A model generated the notes under the pieces. The model had not been told where the DNA came from. It saw nothing but the letters and a program-made list of their open reading frames with translations, and searched no databases. The position numbers and the translations under genes are program-made. A DNA stretch of 55,206 nt from the NCBI GenBank assembly GCA_903844685.1, contig CAIMUM010000139.1:1-55206 (forward strand), in the 5' to 3' direction. Source of the stretch: an uncultured Dehalococcoidia bacterium (GTDB taxonomy: Bacteria; Chloroflexota; Dehalococcoidia; GIF9; UBA5629). The stretch's first letter is position 1. The number at the start of each line of letters is the position of its first letter. This document shows, piece after piece, positions 17,993-27,365 of the stretch.

Positions 17993-18406
17993 GTGAAGCT
18001 CAATGAAACAATTCTGAAAAGCCCTGGTTCACGTATGACCTCACAGCGGGCCCTGGTATTCGACATCATCAGCCGCGGGGGCGTGCACCTTGGAGCAGAC
18101 GAGATTTACGCCAGGGCGCGCCGCAAAAACCCGCGCATCAGCCTTTCCACCGTCTACCGGGCTATAGGTAAATTTAAGGAACTGGGACTGGTGGTTGAAT
18201 CGCACCTGGGACAGGAGCACCACCACTACGAGGCCGGGCGTAACAGCAGCCACTTCCACCTGGTCTGCATAGGCTGCGGGTCCGTGATCGAATTTGAATA
18301 TCCATTAGTGAAAAGGGTCAGGAACGAGATCGCCAGGACCGGCGGCTTCAAAATCGTCAGCGCGGAAATGAACCTGAGCGGCTACTGCCCGCAGTGCCGG
18401 GCTTGA
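17993..18406 (+). CDS. fur: Fur-family transcriptional regulator
   Basis: RMTSQR, HLGADEIY, ISLSTVYR, HFHLVCIGCG, GYCPQC. Start is uncertain (GTG 17993 or ATG 18035). Confidence 0.9.
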   Translation: MKLNETILKSPGSRMTSQRALVFDIISRGGVHLGADEIYARARRKNPRISLSTVYRAIGKFKELGLVVESHLGQEHHHYEAGRNSSHFHLVCIGCGSVIEFEYPLVKRVRNEIARTGGFKIVSAEMNLSGYCPQCRA

Positions 18407-18408
18407 GC

Positions 18409-18678
18409 ATGGAAAACGGCTTGATTACGCTTTCACAAATGAAGGACGGCCAGCAGGCGGTGGTATCGGCTGTGGAGGGAGGCCACGGACTTGAGGAGAA
18501 GCTCACGGCCATGGGCATCAGGCCGGGCAAGCTCATCACGCGGTTCTGCTCCATGTACCTGCGCGGTCCCATCACCGTGCGCATCGACAACGTGCAGGTT
18601 TCGCTGGGACGCGGCATCGCGGATAAAATACTGGTGGTACCGGGCGTAGTCACCGATGAAAATACTGCTTGCCGGTAA
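18409..18678 (+). CDS. feoA: Ferrous iron transport protein A
   Basis: KLTAMGIRPG...GPITVRID..QVSLGRGIA, an SH3-like FeoA signature. Confidence 0.92.
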   Translation: MENGLITLSQMKDGQQAVVSAVEGGHGLEEKLTAMGIRPGKLITRFCSMYLRGPITVRIDNVQVSLGRGIADKILVVPGVVTDENTACR

Positions 18679-20365
18679 TCCCGGCGCTGGCAAGAGTGTC
18701 CTCTTCTCGCACCTGACGGGTTCGCACGTAATCTCGGATAATTACCCCGGCACCGCCATCGGCTTCTCCTCCGGGCACATGCAGGTAGGTCAGCAAGAGG
18801 CTGAGGTTATAGATACGCCCGGCGTCTATTCCCTGGAAAGCTCGGGCAAGGCCGGCGAGGTGGCGCGGCAGATGCTCAGGTCGGGCGACATCATCATCAA
18901 TGTGGTCAATGCCACCAACCTGGAGCGTGATTTATACCTGACTCTGGAGCTGCTCGAGGAAAGGATACCCGTAATCGTCGCTCTCAATGTCTGGGACGAC
19001 GCACGCCATATCGGCATTAGCATAGATTTAATCGCCCTCGAGCGCATGCTGGGCGTGCCCGTTATGCCCACCGTGGCCACCACGGGCGAAGGCATCAAGG
19101 ACCTGGTGGAAAGCATCCCGCGCGCTGTAATGCGTGCCAACCCCACCGCCACAAGGGAGGAACGCTGGGCACGGATCGGCGAGATAATCGGGCAGGTGCA
19201 ACAGGTCACGCACCGCCACCACACTTTCGGTGAAACCCTGGCCGACGCTACCGTGAAACCACTGTCCGGCACTCTCATAGCCCTGCTGGTAGCCGTCTCC
19301 GTTTTCCTGTTTGTTCGCTATGGCGGGGACGCCCTCTACCGCTTCGTCGCCGATCCGATTTTCAAAATGCTCTGGCTGCCGGTGGTATCGTGGGTAAGCA
19401 CCTTTACGGGCAGCAGCGGCTTTTTGCACGATATTTTAATCGGCAGGCTGGTCAACGGGCGGATAGATTTCGTGGAATCGTGGGGGTTGCTGACCACGGC
19501 CCTTTACGTGCCCTTCGCCCTGGTACTGCCCTATATCGTCACCTTCTACTTCGCGCTGGGACTGCTCGAGGATACGGGCTACCTGCCGCGCCTGGCGGTG
19601 ATGATCGATACCGTCATGCACCGCTTCGGCATGCACGGCTACGCCATCATACCCACCATCTTAGGTTTCGGCTGCAACGTACCGGCCATGCTGGCCACCC
19701 GCGTGCTGGAGAGCCGCAAGGAGCGCTTCATCGCCATGACGCTCATCTCCATCGCCGTGCCCTGCGCCTCACTGCAGGCACTCATCCTGGGTATTGTCGG
19801 CCAGCACGGCATACAGTATGTGGCCATTATCTATGCCACCCTGCTTCTGGCCTGGGTCATTATCGGCATCCTGCTTAACCTCATGGTGAAGGGCTTCACG
19901 CCGGAGTTGCTGATAGAGATACCCCCCTACCGATTGTTCCCCTGGAGGCTGACCGTGGAGAAGCTCTGGCTGAGGGTGCGTGGCTTTATCGTCGAGGCTG
20001 TCCCCATCATGATCATAGCCATCCCGGTCATCAATATACTTAATATGGTCGGCGTTTTCCAGGCCATCGCCAACTTCACCGCCCCGGTCATCAGCGGGCT
20101 GCTGGGTCTGCCTAAAGACGCCATAGCCGCCATCTTCGTCGCCTTCTTCCGCATGGATGCCGCCATGGCGCTGCTGGCCCCGCTGGGACTGTCCGCCAAG
20201 CAACTTGTAGTCAGCAGCATCGTACTGGTGATGTTCTTCCCCTGCATCGCCACCCTGGCCATCATGTTCAGGGAGATGGGCTTCCGCAGCCTGCTTAAAT
20301 CCCTGGGCATCATGATCCTGGCCGGCCTGACCGCCGGCGGGTTAATCAACCTGTTGCCTATCTGA
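18656..20365 (+). CDS. feoB: Ferrous iron transporter B
   Basis: LAGNPGAGKS, NYPGT, DTPGVYS, LEDTGYLPR, GFGCNVPA, ELLIEIPPY, FFPCIAT. Confidence 0.95.
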   Translation: MKILLAGNPGAGKSVLFSHLTGSHVISDNYPGTAIGFSSGHMQVGQQEAEVIDTPGVYSLESSGKAGEVARQMLRSGDIIINVVNATNLERDLYLTLELLEERIPVIVALNVWDDARHIGISIDLIALERMLGVPVMPTVATTGEGIKDLVESIPRAVMRANPTATREERWARIGEIIGQVQQVTHRHHTFGETLADATVKPLSGTLIALLVAVSVFLFVRYGGDALYRFVADPIFKMLWLPVVSWVSTFTGSSGFLHDILIGRLVNGRIDFVESWGLLTTALYVPFALVLPYIVTFYFALGLLEDTGYLPRLAVMIDTVMHRFGMHGYAIIPTILGFGCNVPAMLATRVLESRKERFIAMTLISIAVPCASLQALILGIVGQHGIQYVAIIYATLLLAWVIIGILLNLMVKGFTPELLIEIPPYRLFPWRLTVEKLWLRVRGFIVEAVPIMIIAIPVINILNMVGVFQAIANFTAPVISGLLGLPKDAIAAIFVAFFRMDAAMALLAPLGLSAKQLVVSSIVLVMFFPCIATLAIMFREMGFRSLLKSLGIMILAGLTAGGLINLLPI

Positions 20366-20449
20366 TAAAAGCGCATATTTGCCCGCCTGCCCTTATAAAG
20401 TGCTATCCTATTAAGTCGGCGCAAAATTTCTCATCTAAGGAGTCCCCCC

Positions 20450-22390
20450 ATGTCAGATAAATACGCAGTCCTCTTTCAGCCCATTAAAATCAATAGCATG
20501 GAGGTTAAAAACCGCCTGGCCGTCCCGCCCATGGGCAGCGGATTCGCCGCCGACGGCGGCGGGGTCTCAGACAGGCTGATCAAGTACCATGAGCAGAGGG
20601 CTAAGGGCGGCTTCGGCATGATCATAGTCGAGGTGACCGCCATCGACGGCGAGCGGGGACTGGGCAGCGGGCACCAGCTCTGCCTGCATGACGACAAGCT
20701 TATCCCCGGATTCCGCAGGCTGGCGGATACCGTGCATAAATACGGCACGAAACTGGTCATCCAGCTTTACCACCCGGGCCGCAGCACCTTCCCCATGTTC
20801 ATCGGCGGCAAAGCCCCTATCTCAGCCTCCGACGTACCCGACCCGGTACTGCGCCAGGTTCCCCAGGCCATGACCATTGATGAAATTAAAGACATGGTGG
20901 AGAAATACGCCCAGGGCGCGCGCCGCGCCAGGGAGGCAGGCTGCGACGCTGCAGAACTGCACGGTGCGCACGGCTACCTGATCGCCCAATTTATGTCCGC
21001 TTATGCCAACAGGCGCACTGACGAGTACGGTGGGGGTTTTGACGGCTTTGTGCGCTTCCCGCTCGAGATAGTCAAAAGGACGCGCGAACTGGTCGGGCCG
21101 GACTTCCCACTGCTCTTCCGCATCAGCGCCGACGAGGCCGTGCCGCTGGGACGTACCGTGCCCGAGAGCATCGAGGTTATGAAAAAGCTGGTAGCAGCCG
21201 GCATAGATGCCGTGGACGTCTCCATCGGGGTATATGAGTCAGCCCAGTATACCAGCGCACCGCCTGATATGCCTCAGGGCTTCAACGCGGAGACTTCACT
21301 GAAATTCAAGCAGGCTTTCAAAATACCGGTGCTGGTAGCGGGCCGCATCAATGCGCCGTCCGTGGCAGCGGATATCATCAGGTCGGGCAAGGCTGACATA
21401 GTGCACATCGGCAGGCAGTCGCTCAGCGACCCCGAATGGCCGAACAAGGTCAGGCAAGACAAGGAGAGCGAGATCGTCAAGTGCCTCTCCTGCAATGAAG
21501 CCTGCATCGAGGGACTGGCCATCTGGTTGAGGCCTTCCATCACATGCGTGCAGAACCTCGCCTGTGGCAGGGAGGAGTTGTACGCCCGGCCTAAGGCCGC
21601 GAAACCAAAGAGGGTGCTGGTGGCGGGCGGAGGCCCCGGAGGATTGGAGGCCGCGCGCACGGCAGCCCTGCGCGGACATAAAGTAACTCTGTATGAGAAA
21701 GACGGTTACCTCGGCGGGCAGACCAAGCTGACCTCAATCCCGCCCGGCAAGGAGGTCTACCAGGAGGTGGCAAGGTCCCGTATAGCCGCTCTCAAGAAGC
21801 TGGGCGTTGATATCCACTGCGGGCAGCGGCTGACCGCGGATATGGTCAGGCAGATCAAGCCTGATGTACTGATAATCGCCACCGGCTCTGAACCGGCCAT
21901 ACCCAATATACCCGGCGTTAACGGCAAGAACGTGATGAGCGCGCGCAAAGCCCTCTGCTTCGCCGAGGTCGGTGACAACGTGCTCGTCATCGGCGGAGGC
22001 CTGGTCGGCTGCGAAACAGCCGACTACCTGGCCGGCCAGGGTAAGAACGTCACCATCGTGGAAATGCTCAAATACACCGCCCATGACATCGGCCCGGCCG
22101 CGCGTTTCTTCCTGCGCAAACGCCTCAAAGAGAAGCAGGTGAAAATCCTCACCCAGGCCACCGTCAAATCAATTGCCGCCGAAGCTGTTACCATCGATTC
22201 TCCGGGCGGAGAGCAGAAGCTCGGCCCTTTCGACACCGTCGTGCTGGCAGCCGGGGCTACCGCCGTGAACGACCTCGAGGCACAGGTTAAAGGACTGGTT
22301 CCCGAGGTTTACGTTATCGGCGACGCGTCTAAGCCGGGGAAGATCCTGGCCGCGGTGGAAAAGGGCGCCGAGGTAGCGCTCGCGCTGTAA
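20450..22390 (+). CDS. FMN/FAD/[4Fe-4S] NADH:flavin oxidoreductase (Old Yellow Enzyme, FadH/BaiCD-like)
   Basis: KNRLAVPPM, RAKGG, ELHGAHGYLI, NRRTDEYGG, CLSCNEAC...C, GGGPGG, IGGGLVGCE, IGDA. Confidence 0.93.
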   Translation: MSDKYAVLFQPIKINSMEVKNRLAVPPMGSGFAADGGGVSDRLIKYHEQRAKGGFGMIIVEVTAIDGERGLGSGHQLCLHDDKLIPGFRRLADTVHKYGTKLVIQLYHPGRSTFPMFIGGKAPISASDVPDPVLRQVPQAMTIDEIKDMVEKYAQGARRAREAGCDAAELHGAHGYLIAQFMSAYANRRTDEYGGGFDGFVRFPLEIVKRTRELVGPDFPLLFRISADEAVPLGRTVPESIEVMKKLVAAGIDAVDVSIGVYESAQYTSAPPDMPQGFNAETSLKFKQAFKIPVLVAGRINAPSVAADIIRSGKADIVHIGRQSLSDPEWPNKVRQDKESEIVKCLSCNEACIEGLAIWLRPSITCVQNLACGREELYARPKAAKPKRVLVAGGGPGGLEAARTAALRGHKVTLYEKDGYLGGQTKLTSIPPGKEVYQEVARSRIAALKKLGVDIHCGQRLTADMVRQIKPDVLIIATGSEPAIPNIPGVNGKNVMSARKALCFAEVGDNVLVIGGGLVGCETADYLAGQGKNVTIVEMLKYTAHDIGPAARFFLRKRLKEKQVKILTQATVKSIAAEAVTIDSPGGEQKLGPFDTVVLAAGATAVNDLEAQVKGLVPEVYVIGDASKPGKILAAVEKGAEVALAL

Positions 22391-22455
22391 TCTTGCATTC
22401 CTCGCAGAAAGTGCTAAAATATTCGGCCAGATAACCGAAAGGATGAAAACAACAA

Positions 22456-22629
22456 ATGGAATTTTCCGTACAACCTGTAAAAATACAGAATGAAGACGGC
22501 CGGTGGTTCATGGTGGTCAGCCGCATTGAGGGTGGCTACCTGGCGCGTGACAGCGTAACCAGCGACCTGGTTTACATGAAGCACAGCGACATAGCCGGCA
22601 GGGAAGAGGCCGCGCCGGGCAACTGCTAA
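22456..22629 (+). CDS. Small hypothetical protein (57 aa; absent from the ORF track)
   Basis: MEFSVQPVKIQNEDGRWFMVVSRIEGGYLARDSVTSDLVYMKHSDIAGREEAAPGNC. Upstream are TTGCAT-16-TAAAAT (extended TG) and AAAGGA. Confidence 0.6.
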   Translation: MEFSVQPVKIQNEDGRWFMVVSRIEGGYLARDSVTSDLVYMKHSDIAGREEAAPGNC

Positions 22630-22696
22630 ACTATTTACGGTTTGCCGCTCTGCTGCGCTGAATACGCATTTCAACAGCATTATCGCACTGTAAAAT

Positions 22697-22725
22697 TTGA
22701 CACAAAGGCGACCCGCTGATATATT
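22697..22725 (+). promoter_or_regulatory. Sigma70-type promoter of rplU-rpmA-rpmE
   Basis: TTGACA-17 bp-TATATT. Confidence 0.7.
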
Positions 22726-22758
22726 TATACGGTTATTGTTATTCGCAGGAATGAGGAA

Positions 22759-23139
22759 ATGAGCAATTCATACGCTATAGTCGCCACCGGCGGCAAACAA
22801 TTCAGAGTCAGGACCAGCCAGGTCATCAACGTCGAGCTCCTGCAAGTCGAAAAGGGCAAGGACGTTGAGTTGAGCCCGGTACTGATGATTGCCGACGGCG
22901 AAGAAGTCATCATCGGCACACCGGCAATCGAGGGAGCCAAGGTCATAGCTACCTGCATCGAGCAGGGCAAGAGCCGCAAGATAATAGTTTTCCGCTATAA
23001 GAACAAGGTGCGCGAACGCAGGAAGACCGGCCACAGACAACCTTATACCAGGCTATTGATAAAAGAGATCGTCAAGCCGGGCAGCAAGGTTACCAAAAAG
23101 ACCGCCAAAGCTAAGGCCGCCAGCGGAGGTGACAACTAA
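22759..23139 (+). CDS. rplU: 50S ribosomal protein L21
   Basis: [13 protein letters not shown]...GHRQPYT. Confidence 0.98.
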   Translation: MSNSYAIVATGGKQFRVRTSQVINVELLQVEKGKDVELSPVLMIADGEEVIIGTPAIEGAKVIATCIEQGKSRKIIVFRYKNKVRERRKTGHRQPYTRLLIKEIVKPGSKVTKKTAKAKAASGGDN

Positions 23140-23402
23140 TGGCACATAAAAAAGGCGGCGGCAGCACACGCGGCGGCCGCGATAGCAATCCTAAACGGCT
23201 GGGGGTCAAACGCTACGGTGGGGAAGCTGTGCGCGCCGGCACCATCATCGTCAGGCAGCGCGGCACCAGGATACACCCGGGCACCAATGTCGGCTGCGGC
23301 AGGGATTACACGCTCTTTGCCACCATAGATGGCCTGGTCACATTTGAGCCCCACGCCAAGAACAAGAAAAAGGTCAGCGTTTACCCGGGACAAACATCGT
23401 GA
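23139..23402 (+). CDS. rpmA: 50S ribosomal protein L27
   Basis: [24 protein letters not shown]...IIVRQRGT. Confidence 0.98.
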   Translation: MAHKKGGGSTRGGRDSNPKRLGVKRYGGEAVRAGTIIVRQRGTRIHPGTNVGCGRDYTLFATIDGLVTFEPHAKNKKKVSVYPGQTS

Positions 23403-23614
23403 AAGAGAAAATTCATCCAAAGTATTTTACCGATGCCAAGGTGACCTGCTCATGCGGCAATACCTTTACCACGGGCTCCACCAGGCAGACCCTCAGGGTC
23501 GAGCTTTGCAATAAGTGCCACCCTTTCTTCACCGGCGAGCAAAAGATTATCGATACGGCCGGCCGCGTTGAGCGCTTCAACAAGAAGTACAAGCGGGAGA
23601 AAAAAGAACTGTAG
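23399..23614 (+). CDS. rpmE: 50S ribosomal protein L31 (Zn-binding type)
   Basis: [29 protein letters not shown]. Confidence 0.98.
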   Translation: MKEKIHPKYFTDAKVTCSCGNTFTTGSTRQTLRVELCNKCHPFFTGEQKIIDTAGRVERFNKKYKREKKEL

Positions 23615-23631
23615 CCTCCTTTCGCACTACC

Positions 23632-23666
23632 AAAAGGGGCGGGCAAATCGGCCGCCCCTTTTTTTT
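23632..23666 (+). terminator. Rho-independent terminator after rpmE
   Basis: AAAAGGGGCGG-loop-CCGCCCC followed by a T run. Confidence 0.85.
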
Positions 23667-23671
23667 ATCGG

Positions 23672-24571
23672 ATGAATAAAGATAAGCCTTTTTACTACGG
23701 CGGGCAAGCATTGATGGGTGGCGTGATGATACGTGGCCGCAACAGCCTGGCCATAGCTGTGCGAAAAATGGATGGCAGCATCGACGTCAGCAGCCGCCCC
23801 CTGGCGACCCTCTATAAAGGCAAATGGCGGGAAATACCATTTATCAGGGGCGTCATCGCCCTCATCGAGGCCGTCGTCCTGGGCACAGGCGCCCTGATGT
23901 ACTCAGCCCAGGTATCCACTGAGACAGAGCAGGACAAAATCACCCCGGGCATGATCTGGGGCAGCGTGGCGCTGGGAGTGGCGCTGGCGGTCGCCCTGTT
24001 CTTTGTGCTGCCCCTGCTGGCGGCACGGCTGCTGGATCCTTTCATTTCCTCAGCATTCGTCAGTAACCTTATTGAAGGAATCATACGCATCATATTTTTC
24101 ATCGTTTACCTTGCGCTAATCGGCCGCATGAAGGACATCCACGAGATATTCGCCTATCACGGAGCCGAGCACATGTCGGTCAACGCCTACGAGGCCGGTG
24201 TGCCCCTCGAGGCAGGTGCGGTAAAGCATTATTCCACCGCCCACACACGTTGCGGCACCAGTTTCCTGCTGGTGGTGCTTGTACTTTCCATACTGGTCTT
24301 CGCCCTGCTCGGCCGCCCCAATATCTGGATCAGCATAATGTCACGTATACTGCTTATCCCCGTCATTGCTGCTATCAGCTACGAACTGATCAAGTTCGAG
24401 GCCGCCTACAGCGGCAACCGCTTCATCTACTGGCTGCTCCTGCCCGGCCTCTGGCTGCAGGCCCTGACCACGCGTCAGCCGGACGACAGCCAGCTCGAAG
24501 TGGCCATCCAGGCCATGAAAAAGGCGCTTGAAACTGATGGGGTAACGGTTTCAGAAGTTCAGGCTGCCTGA
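23672..24571 (+). CDS. DUF1385 domain membrane protein
   Basis: YGGQALMGGVMIRG, PFIRG, FAYHGAEH, HTRCGTSF, LQALTTRQP. Typical neighbour of rpmE. Confidence 0.92.
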   Translation: MNKDKPFYYGGQALMGGVMIRGRNSLAIAVRKMDGSIDVSSRPLATLYKGKWREIPFIRGVIALIEAVVLGTGALMYSAQVSTETEQDKITPGMIWGSVALGVALAVALFFVLPLLAARLLDPFISSAFVSNLIEGIIRIIFFIVYLALIGRMKDIHEIFAYHGAEHMSVNAYEAGVPLEAGAVKHYSTAHTRCGTSFLLVVLVLSILVFALLGRPNIWISIMSRILLIPVIAAISYELIKFEAAYSGNRFIYWLLLPGLWLQALTTRQPDDSQLEVAIQAMKKALETDGVTVSEVQAA

Positions 24572-24666
24572 CCATATCGATACGGCTGTATTTGACAGTT
24601 CCTACAATAAAAACCTATTATCATCATGCATTTGCGTTGTCTGAATACGCTCCCGGGAGGTAAGCG

Positions 24667-25638
24667 ATGTATCTTAAAATACTTGTTCCGCTGGATGGTT
24701 CCGAGGTTGCTGAGTGTGTGCTGCCCCATGTTGAGGTACTGTCAAGAGGTTATGAAAACGCCAGCATCACTTTTTTGTACGTTGTCGCACCGCTCGACTC
24801 GCCCATGGTCAATCCCAATTACAGGTCAAAGGTAAGGGCAGAGGACAGGGGCGCTGTCGAAGACTACTTGAAAAACAGGTCAAAGATAGGGACAGAGGCC
24901 AGGGATGCTGCCGAAGACTACTTGAAAAAACTGTGTGCAAAAGCCAGTTTCAAGGACAGGGCATCGGGCAAGGTTATAGTCGGCAAGGTGGCTGATGCTA
25001 TCGTGGAGTATGCGGCTAAGAACAGGATGGACATCATCGTCATGGCCACGCACGGGAGCTCAGGCGTGAGCCACTGGTTCTACGGAAGCGTGGCTGAGAA
25101 AGTGGTGCACGGATCAAAAATCCCCATCTGGCTGGTCAAGGCTTCAAGCCGTCACACTGTATCCTACGCCCACAACAAGAAATTGAGCGTGCTGGTGTCG
25201 CTTGACGGCTCAGAGGTAGCAGAATCGGTACTGCCGCACCTCGTGGAATTGAGCAAGCAGTTACCCAAAAATAAGATGGACATAACGTTGATGCGGGTTT
25301 GCGAGATCTTCTCTGGTCCAATCACCTACCCTCCACCCGTGGCCATGAGCTGGGAAGAGTGCCTTGCCTATGAAACGAAGAGATGCAAGGAGATCTGCCA
25401 GGATTACCTCAACCAGATACAGGCCAAGCTGGAGAAATCCGGGCTTAACACCCATACGGAGGTGCCGGAGGGCAACCCGGCAGAGGTACTGATTAAGTAT
25501 ATTAATAATAATCCTGTCGACCTGGTCATAATGTCCACTCACGGCCGCACCGGCATCAGCAAGTGGGCATTTGGCAGCATTGCGGAGAAGGTGCTCAAAG
25601 GCGCTGAAAGCCCAATATTGCTTGTCAGGGCCAAATAG
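24667..25638 (+). CDS. Universal stress protein, tandem Usp domains
   Basis: KILVPLDGSEVAE ... IVMATHGSSG...GSVAEKV, repeated twice. Upstream promoter TTGACA-18-TATTAT at 24592-24621. Confidence 0.93.
   Translation: MYLKILVPLDGSEVAECVLPHVEVLSRGYENASITFLYVVAPLDSPMVNPNYRSKVRAEDRGAVEDYLKNRSKIGTEARDAAEDYLKKLCAKASFKDRASGKVIVGKVADAIVEYAAKNRMDIIVMATHGSSGVSHWFYGSVAEKVVHGSKIPIWLVKASSRHTVSYAHNKKLSVLVSLDGSEVAESVLPHLVELSKQLPKNKMDITLMRVCEIFSGPITYPPPVAMSWEECLAYETKRCKEICQDYLNQIQAKLEKSGLNTHTEVPEGNPAEVLIKYINNNPVDLVIMSTHGRTGISKWAFGSIAEKVLKGAESPILLVRAK
24821..24928 (+). repeat. In-frame 54-bp tandem duplication inside the Usp gene
   Basis: 24821-24874 vs 24875-24928, 47/54 identical; encodes RSKVRAEDRGAVEDYLK / RSKIGTEARDAAEDYLK. 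Confidence 0.9.
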
Positions 25639-25781
25639 GGATTGCCCCGCCTGCCCCACAGGTTTAGCAGGGGTATGCATATACTCGTCAGCTAGTTTGA
25701 CCCTACTTTCGCACGGGTGTTAGAATACCCCGCGTCTTTGATTCAGAGTTTTCACACAATAAATTCAGGAGGATAACATCC

Positions 25782-26552
25782 ATGGCAGACACTAATCAGC
25801 CCCTGCTGGGGAAAATTGCGCTGGTGACGGGCGCCGGCGGCGGCATCGGCAAGGCGACCGTGCTCAAACTGGCCGAGGCCGGTGCAGACATATTGATGTG
25901 CGATAAGAAGACCGATGACCTGCCGGGACTGGCCGGCGAAGTTGTGAAAAAGGGCAGGAAGGCGTTGTGGACGGGGACTGATATGGGCGCGATGGACGAT
26001 GTTAACAAGCTTATCGAAAAAGCCAAGGCCGATTTCGGCAAGATCGATATCCTGGTAAACTGCGCCGCGGTCAGCCCGTTCTTCGGCCCGGTGCTGCAGG
26101 CTGACGAAAGGCTGTGGGACAAGATCATGTCGGTCAACCTCAAGGGACCCTTCTTCCTGGCGCTGGGCATCGCCAAGCTGATGATCGAAAACAAGTCGCC
26201 CGGCAATATCATCAATATCGCCTCTGCAGGCGGCATGCGCCCCGACCCCATGCTGGCTGTTTACGCTATCAGCAAGGCCGGCATGATCCACATGACCAGG
26301 ATGCTGGCCACCGAACTGGGCCCCCATAAAATCAGGTGCAATTCCATCTCACCCTCCTTCATTCGCACACGCTTTTCTAAGCCTATCTGGGGATTCCCCG
26401 AGATACTGGACTGGGCGGTCAAGCAGATACCGCTGGGGCGCATTGGTGAACCCGAGGAAATTGCCAATGTGGTCTTGTTCCTGGCTTCCGACGCTTCGAG
26501 CTATGTCAACAGCGAAAACATCGTGGTGACCGGCGGCATGTACGCCGGCTAA
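25782..26552 (+). CDS. Classical SDR oxidoreductase (NAD-type signature)
   Basis: TGAGGGIG, Asp at the end of beta2 (LMCDKK), YAISK, IPLGRIGEPEEIA. Confidence 0.93.
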   Translation: MADTNQPLLGKIALVTGAGGGIGKATVLKLAEAGADILMCDKKTDDLPGLAGEVVKKGRKALWTGTDMGAMDDVNKLIEKAKADFGKIDILVNCAAVSPFFGPVLQADERLWDKIMSVNLKGPFFLALGIAKLMIENKSPGNIINIASAGGMRPDPMLAVYAISKAGMIHMTRMLATELGPHKIRCNSISPSFIRTRFSKPIWGFPEILDWAVKQIPLGRIGEPEEIANVVLFLASDASSYVNSENIVVTGGMYAG

Positions 26553-26584
26553 GCAGTAAAAAATAGTTAAGGAAGGCAAGGCCA

Positions 26585-27337
26585 ATGGATGTTTTACTTA
26601 GAGGCAAGGTGGCGCTGGTAACCGGCGCCAGCCGCGGTATCGGGAGGGCTATCGCCCTGGAGATGGCCAAATCAGGCGCTGACTTGGTTATCGCCAGCCG
26701 CAAGCAGGCCGACCTGGAGAAGGTCGCGGACGAGATCAAGGCGCTGGGCAGGAAGTCACTCGCGGTGGCAGCCCATATCGGGCGCATGGAGGATATAACC
26801 AACCTGGTCAACAAGGCCAGGGCGGAATTCGGCAGGATAGATATCCTGGTCAATAACGCCGCCACTAACCCGACCATGGATGCCGCTATCGATGCTTCCG
26901 AGCGTGCCTGGGACTCACTCATGAACCTCAACCTCAAGGGACTCTTTTTCCTCAGTCAGGCCGTGGCCAGGGTGATGCGAGAACACGGCGGCGGCGTTAT
27001 CATCAATATCTCCTCAGCAGCCGGGGTCACCCCCGATATTTTGCCCATCTATTCCATCAGCAAAGCAGCTGTCAATATGGCTACCAGGGTCATGGCCAAG
27101 GAATGGGCGCAGTTCGGCGTCAGGGCTAACACGCTCTCGCCGGGTGAGACCAGGACGGTATTCAGCGAGGCGCTTTGGGGAAATCCTGAGATACTCAAGC
27201 ACATAGTCGAGCGTACACCGCTCAAGCGGATAGCGGAACCCGAGGAGATGGCCCATGCAGCGGTATTCCTGGCATCCGACAAATCGGGCTTTATCACCGG
27301 GCAGAACCTTGTCGTAGACGGCGGCATGACGATATAG
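26585..27337 (+). CDS. Classical SDR oxidoreductase (NADP-type signature)
   Basis: TGASRGIG, IASRK, NNAA, YSISK, VDGG. Confidence 0.93.
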   Translation: MDVLLRGKVALVTGASRGIGRAIALEMAKSGADLVIASRKQADLEKVADEIKALGRKSLAVAAHIGRMEDITNLVNKARAEFGRIDILVNNAATNPTMDAAIDASERAWDSLMNLNLKGLFFLSQAVARVMREHGGGVIINISSAAGVTPDILPIYSISKAAVNMATRVMAKEWAQFGVRANTLSPGETRTVFSEALWGNPEILKHIVERTPLKRIAEPEEMAHAAVFLASDKSGFITGQNLVVDGGMTI

Positions 27338-27365
27338 CTTTATAAATAGTAATTAAGGAGGCGTT

